Positions 1 to 9,294 of a stretch of 64,000 nucleotides of DNA are shown piece by piece. The position numbers and the translations under genes are program-made. Below the pieces are notes generated by a model. The model saw only the letters and a list, made by a program, of their open reading frames with translations, did not search any database and was not told the origin of the DNA. Origin of the DNA: an uncultured Candidatus Saccharibacteria bacterium (lineage in GTDB: Bacteria > Patescibacteriota > Minisyncoccia > Minisyncoccales > CSSED10-335); NCBI GenBank assembly GCA_964586065.1, contig CAZPFW010000001.1:131614-195613 (forward strand), written 5' to 3'. How positions within the stretch are numbered: position 1 is the first letter of the stretch; each line of letters starts with the position of its first letter.

Positions 1-339
1 ATTATAACCCATCTTTTGCAATATCTCTCCGAGCATTGCATCCGTTTCTATAATAGCAAGCTTAAACTCAGCCTCAATTCCACTGTTCAATCTCTTGGCT
101 ATCTTCCTCCATTCCTTTACATATTTATCACTCCCGTAAGGTTGAAATCTTACAAACTCCGATATGTCTTCCATCGCCCTGTATTTCAACCAATTACTTG
201 AAATAAAGATGTATATTATCAAAGAAATCAACAAGAAAGAGATAATAATAAAGGAAATCTTCATCCAACCTATAACTTGAATATAAGGAGAAGGAACTAT
301 TCTTGGATTTAGAAGATATTCTAATATTAAGTCTTCCAT
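1..339 (-). CDS. hypothetical single-pass membrane protein (C-terminus lies beyond window start)
   Basis: Read by hand on the reverse strand. ATG at 339 (alternative ATG at 264) opens a stop-free frame to position 1: MEDLILEYLLNPRIVPSPYIQVIGWMKISFIIISFLLISLIIYIFISSNWLKYRAMEDISEF... There is a hydrophobic helix after the second Met. It is absent from the ORF track because no stop lies in the window. Confidence 0.5.
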   Translation of the reverse strand, partial: MEDLILEYLLNPRIVPSPYIQVIGWMKISFIIISFLLISLIIYIFISSNWLKYRAMEDISEFVRFQPYGSDKYVKEWRKIAKRLNSGIEAEFKLAIIETDAMLGEILQKMGYN

Positions 340-1640
340 AACTCTTGTATCTTTTTTCCAAATTTAATCATAAGATTCTCTTTTGAACAAGGCGCCATGA
401 TCTGAATTCCGATTGAATTTTCATCTTCTTTCTTATAAGGAATCGAGATTGCCGGAATACCTGAAAGGTTAGCTATAACATTGAAGATTGATGAAGATCT
501 TTGATCTTTATCAGGCAGTAAATTCGGCATCGTTGGGGTTAAAATAAGATCAACTTTATTAAAAGACTTATCAAGCTCTCCTGTAATAAAAGATCTCATT
601 GCTACCGCTTTTTGATAATAGTTATCTTTATTGCCTGCCAATAGAGCATAAGCTCCGAATATTATTCGCTCTTTAAGATCAAGACTAAATCCCTCGCCTC
701 TACTTGAGATATAATCATCTGTTAAATCACCTCCCTTTACAGAAGAGAGCCCGTATCTCAAGCCGTCATACCTTCCCATATTTGAAGATATTTCAGAAGA
801 AGACAGCACATAATAGGTTGACATCAAATGATCAATCTCCACAAAAGAAATCTCTTCAATTTTTACTCCTAAAACAGATAAAGACTCCACCGCTTCTTTT
901 GTCTTGCTTTCGATTCCTTTGTCTTCAATCCGACCAAACCAACTTCTTGGCAATCCGATCTTAATTTTTGAAAAATCAATCTCTTCCTTTGAGAGGTTTG
1001 AATCTTCTGATTTTAAATCATTATCGTCCTTTCCTGAAATGACCTTCAAGACATCTTCTATATCTTCAACGTTGACGGCAATTATACCCGCCTGACTGAA
1101 TGAAGAATCGGCTGAAATCACTCCGTATCTTGAGACACTACCTCGACTCGGTTTAAAACCGACGAGATTGTGATATGAGGCTGCACGCCTCAACGAACCG
1201 GCACTGTCTAAATCAATGACAAAGCTTGCTAAACCATCTGAAATAATCTTGGCCGAATCAAATGATAACCCGATGCCAAATTCATCGACTTTCGTTTTAC
1301 CCAAAACTATTGTACCCTCTTTTTTCAATTTTTTAACTATTGTTGCATCGTAAGGAGATCGATAACCGTCTAAAATCTTAGATCCAGCTTCTGTTTTGAA
1401 ACCATTTATCATAATATTATCAGATACAACCGATGGGATCCCGAGAAAAAGCCTTTCATCCCCTAAAAGAATCTTTTCTTGAGCTTCTTGAGCTTCTTTT
1501 AATAAAGTGTTCTTATCCGCTAAATCAAAGCCCAACTTGCCATCCGACTTGCCGATAAGAGGTTTTATTAAATCTTGAACCGTTGATTTACCAGACCTGA
1601 AATCACAAGCGATATCTCTGATTTTGGCCAAAGAAATCAT
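327..1640 (-). CDS. gatA: GatA-like subunit of Asp/Glu-tRNA amidotransferase with degenerate amidase active site
   Basis: Collinear with GatA (PYDATIVKKL, GFKPSRGSVSRYG, SSNMGRYDGLRYG, NLSGIPAISIP). It follows gatC with a 4-nt overlap. The IKDN Lys reads VVSDN and the GGSSGGS block is missing. Confidence 0.75.
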   Translation of the reverse strand: MISLAKIRDIACDFRSGKSTVQDLIKPLIGKSDGKLGFDLADKNTLLKEAQEAQEKILLGDERLFLGIPSVVSDNIMINGFKTEAGSKILDGYRSPYDATIVKKLKKEGTIVLGKTKVDEFGIGLSFDSAKIISDGLASFVIDLDSAGSLRRAASYHNLVGFKPSRGSVSRYGVISADSSFSQAGIIAVNVEDIEDVLKVISGKDDNDLKSEDSNLSKEEIDFSKIKIGLPRSWFGRIEDKGIESKTKEAVESLSVLGVKIEEISFVEIDHLMSTYYVLSSSEISSNMGRYDGLRYGLSSVKGGDLTDDYISSRGEGFSLDLKERIIFGAYALLAGNKDNYYQKAVAMRSFITGELDKSFNKVDLILTPTMPNLLPDKDQRSSSIFNVIANLSGIPAISIPYKKEDENSIGIQIMAPCSKENLMIKFGKKIQELWKT

Positions 1641-1897
1641 AAAATCTGTTTAACTTTAAGATAATCACCTTCTTTCTTTTTAAAATTTGCGATGATCTTA
1701 TCCCTGTTCTTATAATCAACAGGAATATCGTCTCTAAAGAGATTGGATCTGTCTGAAAAGTCGGCGAGTTCATAATTGGGTAAATCGTCTATATCTTCAA
1801 TTATTTTCAAAACCCTCTCATGAATTAACTCTTCTTCTTCTTGAGTTAATTTAATTCTAAGCAATTTGAGTACTTCTTGTAGTTCGTCTTTTCTCAT
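1637..1897 (-). CDS. gatC: Asp/Glu-tRNA amidotransferase subunit C
   Basis: 86 aa, typical GatC size. Has the GatC-like C-terminal FRDD...P motif region and lies directly upstream of, and overlapping, the gatA-like gene. Confidence 0.7.
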   Translation of the reverse strand: MRKDELQEVLKLLRIKLTQEEEELIHERVLKIIEDIDDLPNYELADFSDRSNLFRDDIPVDYKNRDKIIANFKKKEGDYLKVKQIL

Positions 1898-2961
1898 TGT
1901 TTTGGTGCTTCTAAGTTATCCGATTCCACTAAGACCTCTTGAAGCTCATCTATATTTTCCAAAACAAAACCTGCCCCTCTGGCTACGGCTGTCAAAGGGT
2001 CATCCGACACCTTCGTTTCAATCTTGGTCTCTTCCGTAATCAATAGATTTAGCCCTTTGAGTAGACTTCCCCCTCCCATTAAGTGAATTCCCTTGCTCAT
2101 TATATCCGCCAATAACTCCGGAGGCGTCTCTTCCACCGTAATCTTAATAGCTGCAATTATCTCTTTAACCGATCTCTCTAAGGCCTTTCTTATATCCTTA
2201 TCAGTAACTGTAATCTCTTCCGGTAATCCAGTTACCAGATTTCTTCCTCTGATCGGCATCTCCATCTTTTCTTTCAAAGGATAAGCGGATCCGATATTGA
2301 TTTTAATCTCTTCCGCCGTTCTTTCTCCTATCAAAAGTTTATACTCATCTTGAGCAAACTTAATGATATCTTCATTCAATCTATCACCCGCGACTCTTAA
2401 ACTTCTTGCGGTCACTATCCCTCCGAGGGATATGACAGCAACTTCAGTCGTCCCCCCTCCTATGTCAACGATGAAATTCCCTCCTGCATCTTGAACCGGT
2501 AATCGTGCTCCGATTGCAGATGCCATAGGCTCTTCTATAAGATAGACAACCCTGGCTCCCGCACTTTTTCCGGCATCTTGAACCGCTTTCTTTTCAACCT
2601 CAGTAACTCCAACCGGTATGCTTACAATAAGTCTCGGTCTCAAATTAAAGATGAAGTTTTTTTTGCAAGCCTTTTCTATAAAATACCTCAACATCTGTTC
2701 CGTAACATCAAAGTCTGAAACAACTCCGGAAACCAAAGGTCTGGTAGCCACTATATAAGCAGGGGTTCTACCAACCATTCTTTTTGCTTCTTCTCCTATT
2801 GCTAATATTTGTCCGGTTTTTTGATTAATGGCAACAACCGAAGGTTCGGATATAATTATCCCTCTACCTCTGACATAAACCAAAGAGTTAGCAGTTCCAA
2901 GATCTATCGCTATATCACTTGAAATCTTTTTGGCGATTTCTTTTAAGAAATTATTGTTCAT
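1894..2961 (-). CDS. mreB: rod shape-determining actin homolog MreB (paralog 1)
   Basis: Actin-fold phosphate motifs IAIDLGTANS and DIGGGTTEVAVISLGG; full-length MreB collinearity. Confidence 0.9.
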   Translation of the reverse strand: MNNNFLKEIAKKISSDIAIDLGTANSLVYVRGRGIIISEPSVVAINQKTGQILAIGEEAKRMVGRTPAYIVATRPLVSGVVSDFDVTEQMLRYFIEKACKKNFIFNLRPRLIVSIPVGVTEVEKKAVQDAGKSAGARVVYLIEEPMASAIGARLPVQDAGGNFIVDIGGGTTEVAVISLGGIVTARSLRVAGDRLNEDIIKFAQDEYKLLIGERTAEEIKINIGSAYPLKEKMEMPIRGRNLVTGLPEEITVTDKDIRKALERSVKEIIAAIKITVEETPPELLADIMSKGIHLMGGGSLLKGLNLLITEETKIETKVSDDPLTAVARGAGFVLENIDELQEVLVESDNLEAPKQ

Positions 2962-2970
2962 CTTTTTATT

Positions 2971-4038
2971 TTAACCCCAAATGTCATAAAAAGTCACGAG
3001 AAAGAAAAATCCTATCAATATCAAAAACGATGCCATTACCAGACTTTGCTCAAGCTTTTGATTTACCGGACTGCCCTTAATTTTCTCAATCAATAAAAAT
3101 AGGAGTCGACCTCCATCCAACGCCGGAATCGGTATTAGATTAAAAACTGCCAAAGATATGGAAACCATCACCATAACTTGAAGATAATCAACCAAACCTC
3201 TCTCTATCGCTCCAGCAAAGAAGTCCTTAACTATTCCGACCGGACCAGCCACTCTGACTCCAGGAGGAAGTGGTTTTCCAACAATAGCGTTTTTTACCGT
3301 ACTTCCGAGAAAATAGACAACATTTGCCGTAATCACTCCTGTCATAATTCCAGCCTGAACCGGTGCTTGATACCAAGAATAGCGCTTTGTTTCTATTCTT
3401 TCAAGAAAGACCCCGATAATTCCAGCCTCGTTTTCCGAAGAAATACTGATCTCGTGTTTAGAACCATTTCTGTCAATTGTTGCCAAAAATTCTCGACCCT
3501 TGTTCTCTTCTAAGAAATCTTTTACATCAGAAACTTTTCTAAGGCTGATACTCTCTTCTTCAGATTTAAATTCAAGAAGAATATCACCTGACATTATGCC
3601 TGTCTTTTGAGCCGGATAATCTTCTTCCACATCCAAAACCAAGATTTTGGAGTTTGGTGATATCGCATCGTCAGATATGGCGATCGGGGTTCCAATCATT
3701 GCAATGGCTATCAAGAGAAAGTAAGCAACTATCCAAAAAGCGACAACACCTCCCAAGAGAATCAATGCTCTTTGCCAAATTGTTTTTTCACTGAAACTTC
3801 TTTCATCTTTTATCGCCTCGTTTTCCCCATATATATTCACAAAGGCCCCGATCGGAAGAAGATTAAGAGAGAAAACGGTTTCACCAAATTTCTTAGAACA
3901 TATCTTAGGTGGTATTCCTATTCCAAACTCCTCAACTTTTACTCCGAACTTTTTAGCAACCAAAAAATGTCCCAACTCATGTAAGGTAACCAAAGCCAAA
4001 AGACTTACTATTGATATAATTATGTATGTCGCCATCAT
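2971..4038 (-). CDS. rseP: site-2 protease, M50 family zinc metalloprotease (RseP-like) with PDZ-like insert
   Basis: HELGH zinc motif in the first TM helix, a central soluble PDZ-like segment, and NLIPIPALDGG in a C-terminal TM region. Confidence 0.85.
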   Translation of the reverse strand: MMATYIIISIVSLLALVTLHELGHFLVAKKFGVKVEEFGIGIPPKICSKKFGETVFSLNLLPIGAFVNIYGENEAIKDERSFSEKTIWQRALILLGGVVAFWIVAYFLLIAIAMIGTPIAISDDAISPNSKILVLDVEEDYPAQKTGIMSGDILLEFKSEEESISLRKVSDVKDFLEENKGREFLATIDRNGSKHEISISSENEAGIIGVFLERIETKRYSWYQAPVQAGIMTGVITANVVYFLGSTVKNAIVGKPLPPGVRVAGPVGIVKDFFAGAIERGLVDYLQVMVMVSISLAVFNLIPIPALDGGRLLFLLIEKIKGSPVNQKLEQSLVMASFLILIGFFFLVTFYDIWG

Positions 4039-4599
4039 TTAGTTTTCCATTATCTCTTTTATTTTCTTATCCGTGATCTTTTCAATTCTTTCATTATACC
4101 CATCTATCAGTTTTTGAAGATCGTCTTTCCCTTTGAACTTGTCGTCTTCTCTTATGCCTCCTTCTCTAAAGCCGTCTTGCATTTTTTTCCAAGCATCTTC
4201 CCTAACTCTGCGAAGAGAGACTCGAGCCTCTTCGCTCTTCTCATTTAATATTTTAGTTAAGTTCTTTCTAAACTCCTCTGTCAGTGGAGGCAAAGGAATA
4301 TTAATTGAATCCTTATCGGTTACCGGATTTATTCCAAGATCTGATTGCGCTATCGCTTTTTCAATAACAGACATCAATGCTCTATCCCAAGGTTGGACTG
4401 TAATAATTCTCGGTCCCGGAACATTAATTGATGCAACCTGTTTTAATGGCAACTTGCTCCCGTAAGAGTCAATCAATATGTTCTCGACTAAGGATGTTGT
4501 TGCCCTTCCTGTTCTAATACCGGATATGTCACTCTCGTAAAACGAGATGATTTTATCAAATTCCGCTCCGGTCTCTCTTATTATTTCTTTAATATCCAT
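4039..4599 (-). CDS. frr: ribosome recycling factor
   Basis: 186 aa, collinear with RRF (TGRATTSLVENI, ITVQPWD, NIPLPPLTEE, RRVREDA). Confidence 0.95.
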   Translation of the reverse strand: MDIKEIIRETGAEFDKIISFYESDISGIRTGRATTSLVENILIDSYGSKLPLKQVASINVPGPRIITVQPWDRALMSVIEKAIAQSDLGINPVTDKDSINIPLPPLTEEFRKNLTKILNEKSEEARVSLRRVREDAWKKMQDGFREGGIREDDKFKGKDDLQKLIDGYNERIEKITDKKIKEIMEN

Positions 4600-4601
4600 A
4601 T

Positions 4602-5519
4602 CTATAATTCCATTATTAATTTTTCTAAAACCAATCTGTTATCAGCGTTAGTTCTTGAGATAAGATAGATTGATTCCTCTATTGAATCAATTGATTCTTT
4701 AATTTTTAAAAAAGATTGATTGAGCTTTATTTCTTCTCTTACTTTCTTGATCATAATCGCTCTAAAATAACTTAACCATATCTCCAAGACTTCTTTAAGG
4801 TTTTCTTTATCTTCCGATAAGCCCTTGACATACTTTAACCTCATTCGATAGGGAGATTTAGCGGATGTAACATCTAAGAGAGTTTCAACCTGCTTTCTTC
4901 TTTCATTTATAACAGATGGATCTTTTGAAAAATCTATCGCAACACCAGGTCTTCCAAATGAGAGAAGTGCAATTTCATCTGTTAAATCGCAACTAAATCC
5001 TTCTTTTTCCAAAAATCTCTTAATCTCTTCTTCATTGACGGGGAAAAATGACAACTTGGTTGTTCTTGATCTTACTGTTGGAAGTAGTGCTTGAGAATGC
5101 TCAGTTATTAAAATTATGACTGACTTACCCAGAGGCTCTTCTAACAATTTTAAGATGGAGTTTTGAGCTTCTGAATTCATTAAATGAGCGTTATCAATTA
5201 TGGCAATCTTGAAAGGAGCTAAATATGGTTTATATGAAAAATTAGCGATTAGCTCTCGAATTTGCAAAATCTTTATCTCTTTGCCATTGGGAGAGATAAT
5301 ACTGACATCGGGATGAGTTTCTTTGTCAATATTTTTGCAAGACCAACAATTTCCGCAATTATCTTCTTGGCAGAAAAGATTCTTTACAAAGTCGAGCGCC
5401 ACCTTTCGTTTACCCAACTTAGAAATTCCCTCAAAAATCATAGCGTGCGGAACCTTCTCTGACTTAATCATCGCTGAAAGAAATTCCTGTTGTCTCTTAT
5501 GCCCGATGATCACCGCCAT
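4602..5519 (-). CDS. holB: DNA polymerase III delta-prime subunit (clamp-loader AAA+)
   Basis: N-terminal HAMIFEG...GKRK box, Cys-rich zinc module CQEDNCGNCWSC, and LLKLLEEP and SRT sensor motifs. Confidence 0.8.
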   Translation of the reverse strand: MAVIIGHKRQQEFLSAMIKSEKVPHAMIFEGISKLGKRKVALDFVKNLFCQEDNCGNCWSCKNIDKETHPDVSIISPNGKEIKILQIRELIANFSYKPYLAPFKIAIIDNAHLMNSEAQNSILKLLEEPLGKSVIILITEHSQALLPTVRSRTTKLSFFPVNEEEIKRFLEKEGFSCDLTDEIALLSFGRPGVAIDFSKDPSVINERRKQVETLLDVTSAKSPYRMRLKYVKGLSEDKENLKEVLEIWLSYFRAIMIKKVREEIKLNQSFLKIKESIDSIEESIYLISRTNADNRLVLEKLIMEL

Positions 5520-5520
5520 G

Positions 5521-6570
5521 CTATTTTTTAATCATTATGCTTCTTTTGTAGTAATCGATGTTCTCCAAAACCATTCCCGTGCCTTTGACTACACAAACGA
5601 GCGGATTATCAGCTATAAAACAAGGAACTCCGGTATTTTGAGAAATCAAAACATCAATTCCTTTCAATAATGCTCCGCCTCCTGAAACAACCATCCCTTT
5701 GTCAATAATATCAGCCGATAGTTCGGGTGGCGTATCTCTTAGAACTTGTCTTATCGTTTTTATTATCTCTTCAAGAGTCTCTGCCATCGCTTCGACAATC
5801 TCATTTGATCCGACTGTTATATTCTTAGGAAGTCCCGTAATCAAATCTCTTCCTCGAACTTCCATCTTCTCTTCTTCCTTCTCCGGAATAGCCGTACCTA
5901 TCTTTTTTTTGATCTCTTCGGCTGTTTGAGATCCCACAGCCAATTTATACTTCTTCTTAATGTAATCTGCTATTGCAATATCAATCTTATCACCGGCAAC
6001 TCTCAAAGATTCAAAAGTAACTACTCCTCCTAAAGAGATAACTGCCACCTCCGATGTTCCTCCTCCAATATCAACTATCATGTTCCCTGAACATGAATTG
6101 ATCGGGATTCCGGCTCCAATTGCAGCTAATACCGGCTCTTTAGTCAAATAAACCGCCCTAGCTCCGGCCAATGTTCCTGCTTCTATCACAGCTCTTCTCT
6201 CGGTAGATGTTATTCCGGCAGGAACTCCGACAACTATTTCGGGTTTCAAGAATTTGAAATAACCCAAAGTCTTTTTAATGAAACGTCTGATCATGACCTC
6301 TGTCATCTTGTATTCTGCGATAACACCGTCTCTTATCGGACAGTACACTTTTATCGTTTCTGGTGTTCTCCCGATCATGTCTTTGGCTTCTGATCCAACA
6401 GCCAATATTCTATTCTCAACTATCGATACTGCAACAACGGATGGCTCCTCCATCACAACTCCCTTCCCCGGAACAAACACCAGAGAATTACAAGTACCAA
6501 GATCTATTCCTATTTTTCTAGTAAACACATTAAAAAGATTATTTTTCAACTCTCTTGATAGAAGCACCAA
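5521..6570 (-). CDS. mreB: rod shape-determining actin homolog MreB (paralog 2)
   Basis: IGIDLGTCNS and DIGGGTSEVAVISLGG. Diverged from paralog 1 along the whole length, roughly half the residues identical by eye. Confidence 0.9.
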   Translation of the reverse strand: MVLLSRELKNNLFNVFTRKIGIDLGTCNSLVFVPGKGVVMEEPSVVAVSIVENRILAVGSEAKDMIGRTPETIKVYCPIRDGVIAEYKMTEVMIRRFIKKTLGYFKFLKPEIVVGVPAGITSTERRAVIEAGTLAGARAVYLTKEPVLAAIGAGIPINSCSGNMIVDIGGGTSEVAVISLGGVVTFESLRVAGDKIDIAIADYIKKKYKLAVGSQTAEEIKKKIGTAIPEKEEEKMEVRGRDLITGLPKNITVGSNEIVEAMAETLEEIIKTIRQVLRDTPPELSADIIDKGMVVSGGGALLKGIDVLISQNTGVPCFIADNPLVCVVKGTGMVLENIDYYKRSIMIKK

Positions 6571-7867
6571 TTGCCTGAAGTCGCTCTTCTATTCTCTCAT
6601 AACCTCGATCAACTTGCGATATGTTTTTTATAATGGTAACTCCATCAGCGGATAACCCGGCGATTATAAGGGCAGCTCCGGATCTAAGATCCAATGGACC
6701 CAATTCAGTTCCATAAAGCTCTGTTGGACCGTTAATAACCGCTCGATGCGGATCACATATCACAATCTCCGCACCCATCTTATTCAATTCTTCCAAATAC
6801 TTTAATCTTCCGTCATAGAGTGGATCGTGAATCAAAGTTAATCCTTCAGTCTTTGTGGCTAAAGCTCCAAAAGCCGATTGAAGGTCGGTCGGTATTCCAG
6901 GATAAGGAAGTGCTTGTATCTTATTCATCTTCATCCCAAAAGAAGTCTTTACCAAAACAGAACTATCACTCACTAACTCCACATTGGCTCCAAAAGATTT
7001 TAGTTTTTTGAAAAAGAGTTCCAAATGGTTGACCGGAACATTGTCCACTCGAACTTCTCCTCCAACAGTCAAGCCCATCAAAATATAAGTCCCCGCCTCA
7101 ACATAATCATAAGGAATGGAGTAATCAGCTCCTTTCAACTTCTTTTTACCCAATATTTCTATGGTATGAGTTCCCTCACCATTAATTTCAACCCCCATTT
7201 TCTTTAGAAAACGTGCCAACTCTTGCACATGGGGCTCGCAAGCCGCTATCCTTATCGTTGTTTTCTTTTCGGAAAGAGCCGACGCCATCAGGATATTTTC
7301 CGTAGCAGTCACAGAAAACTCATCCAATATTATTTCATTACCACCAAGTTCACCTTTTGATTTCAATGAGTAAAGGTTTGTTTTTTCGGAATAGCCGCAA
7401 AAAATCTTCTCGTCGGTCAAATCTACCTGTGTTCCAATCTGTGTTACTTCAATAGCGGCTCCGAGACTTTCAAACCCGTCAAGATGAGTATCAAGCGATC
7501 GAGTCCCAATGACACATCCGCCCGGATGATTTATCTCAACAGAACCGGAACGGGCAAGAAGCGGGCCCATAATCAAAACCGACGATCTCATCTTGGATAT
7601 AAGGGATCTATCGATAGAGTTTGGGTCAATATCAACAGCTTCTATTCTAACCGCATCTTTATCAATCCAATCAACTTTCGCTCCCAAACTCTTGATCAGT
7701 TCAATCATTCTAAAAACATCCTCAATAAGAGGAAGGTTTCTGATTATGCAAGGCTCATCTGTTAAAAGAGTCGCCGCTAAAATTGGTGTAGCTGCGTTTT
7801 TAGATCCTCTTGCCTTAATCTCCCCCTTCAAAGGTCTACCACCTTCTATGATAAATCTCTCTGGCAT
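6539..7867 (-). CDS. murA: UDP-N-acetylglucosamine 1-carboxyvinyltransferase
   Basis: GSKNAATPILAATLL and a catalytic-loop Cys in HPGGCVIGTRSLDTH; 442 aa, full-length MurA collinearity. Confidence 0.95.
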   Translation of the reverse strand: MPERFIIEGGRPLKGEIKARGSKNAATPILAATLLTDEPCIIRNLPLIEDVFRMIELIKSLGAKVDWIDKDAVRIEAVDIDPNSIDRSLISKMRSSVLIMGPLLARSGSVEINHPGGCVIGTRSLDTHLDGFESLGAAIEVTQIGTQVDLTDEKIFCGYSEKTNLYSLKSKGELGGNEIILDEFSVTATENILMASALSEKKTTIRIAACEPHVQELARFLKKMGVEINGEGTHTIEILGKKKLKGADYSIPYDYVEAGTYILMGLTVGGEVRVDNVPVNHLELFFKKLKSFGANVELVSDSSVLVKTSFGMKMNKIQALPYPGIPTDLQSAFGALATKTEGLTLIHDPLYDGRLKYLEELNKMGAEIVICDPHRAVINGPTELYGTELGPLDLRSGAALIIAGLSADGVTIIKNISQVDRGYERIEERLQAIGASIKRVEK

Positions 7868-7910
7868 ATAAAAGTAAAATGATATCCCATCATATCTTAT
7901 AAAAAGTAAG

Positions 7911-7939
7911 TTGGCAAGAGAGCAAAAATGTTATAAAAT
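7911..7939 (+). promoter_or_regulatory. putative sigma70-type promoter of the 7948 gene
   Basis: TTGGCA (7911-7916), 17-nt spacer, TAAAAT (7934-7939). An alternative is the extended -10 TGtTATAAA at 7929-7937. Only 8 nt separate the -10 from the ATG, implying a leaderless or near-leaderless mRNA. Confidence 0.35.
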
Positions 7940-7947
7940 AGCTTAAT

Positions 7948-9294
7948 ATGAACAAAAAAATACGGTCATTCATCTTTTTTTCTCTTGTGATAATTTTCTT
8001 AATCATCTCTCCTTTGGCTATCTTTTATTCCCAAGGATACAGATTTGATTCTAAGAATTTTCGAGTAGTTCAAACGGGAAGTTTTTATTTCAAAGTGACT
8101 CCTCGAAGCGTAGATATTAAAATCATCGAAGATAAAAACGACTTAATAGCAATGAAAAGAAAGACTGATTTTTTCTTTGGAACATCTTATGTGGAAAACA
8201 TTCTGCCTGGAAGATACAAGATAAGTGTCGGTAAGGACGGCTATCATGTATGGGAAAAGACATTGGAGGTAAGAGAAAAATTAGTCACTGAGATGAAGAA
8301 TATTGTTTTAATCCCCACAGATCCAATCTTTTCCATTATTGGAGGGAAAACATCTAATATTTTTCCTCTTTCAGGTAAGCGGGAAATGGCTGTGAAAGAG
8401 ATAATCGACAAAGATGATTGGAACCTTTTTCTTTATGATCCGGTAGGGGGTGGCTCAACCCAAATAATCTCTTCACAAGAATTAAAAGAAGAGCCGATCG
8501 ATGTTATCTCTTTTTATGGAAGAGACGAGATTCTTTTAAAGATAAACTCGGGTTGGTTGATTGTTGATACTCAAAATGAAAAAAGTTATTCAATTGATGA
8601 TAAAGAAAGGTTATTCTTAGACCCTAAAAGAGCTGATTCTGTACTCTATTTAGAAGAAAACAGATTAATCTCGTTCAATTACCTTAAAAAAGAGACTCAA
8701 TTAGTAGTAAAAGATGTAATTTCTTTCACTATTAAAGAGAATGGGGATATATTCATGATGTTGGAAGATGGTTCGTTTGCCCAAAACAACCAAACGTTAA
8801 GAACTCCTCGTTTCACAATATCAAAAGATTCCAACTGCGAGATGCGATTATTGGACTTGGAGCTCTTCGTGCTTAAAGACGATACTCTCTTTTTTCTTGA
8901 TAGAAAAGAATCACTTTTTAAGGAGATATCAAACTCTTCCCATCTACCCATCTTCTCGCCTGATAAAAGAAAAGCGGCATACTTTAATGACCACGAAATC
9001 TATGTAATTTATTTAGACAACATAACCGATCAACCTAAGAAAAGTTATGGTGAGAATTCTTTTTTAACGAGATTTTCAGAAACAATAAAAGGTGTTGATT
9101 GGTTAACTGATCATTATCTGATTTTAAGTGTCGGGGACAGTATAAAAATTATTGAAATCGACGATCGTGATCAGATAAATCTCGTAGACTTCGCCCTATT
9201 ACCCGATCATAAATCAATCTTTGATCAATATTCAAAGAGACTCTATGTCATCAGTAATAATAATCTTTTTGTTTCAAGAATCATTGTCTCTTAA
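7948..9294 (+). CDS. membrane-anchored protein with PEGA-like beta-sandwich segment, otherwise unknown
   Basis: N-terminal TM helix (FIFFSLVIIFLIISPLAIF). LPGRYKISVGKDGYHVWEKTLEV resembles the PEGA motif. The remaining ~330 aa are unassigned. Confidence 0.5.
   Translation: MNKKIRSFIFFSLVIIFLIISPLAIFYSQGYRFDSKNFRVVQTGSFYFKVTPRSVDIKIIEDKNDLIAMKRKTDFFFGTSYVENILPGRYKISVGKDGYHVWEKTLEVREKLVTEMKNIVLIPTDPIFSIIGGKTSNIFPLSGKREMAVKEIIDKDDWNLFLYDPVGGGSTQIISSQELKEEPIDVISFYGRDEILLKINSGWLIVDTQNEKSYSIDDKERLFLDPKRADSVLYLEENRLISFNYLKKETQLVVKDVISFTIKENGDIFMMLEDGSFAQNNQTLRTPRFTISKDSNCEMRLLDLELFVLKDDTLFFLDRKESLFKEISNSSHLPIFSPDKRKAAYFNDHEIYVIYLDNITDQPKKSYGENSFLTRFSETIKGVDWLTDHYLILSVGDSIKIIEIDDRDQINLVDFALLPDHKSIFDQYSKRLYVISNNNLFVSRIIVS

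Noticed and set aside
16-201. 61-aa plus-strand ORF at the window start
   Set aside because: The opposite strand carries a longer stop-free frame (1-339) with a TM helix, co-oriented and overlapping the upstream gatA-like gene in operon fashion. I preferred the minus-strand reading.
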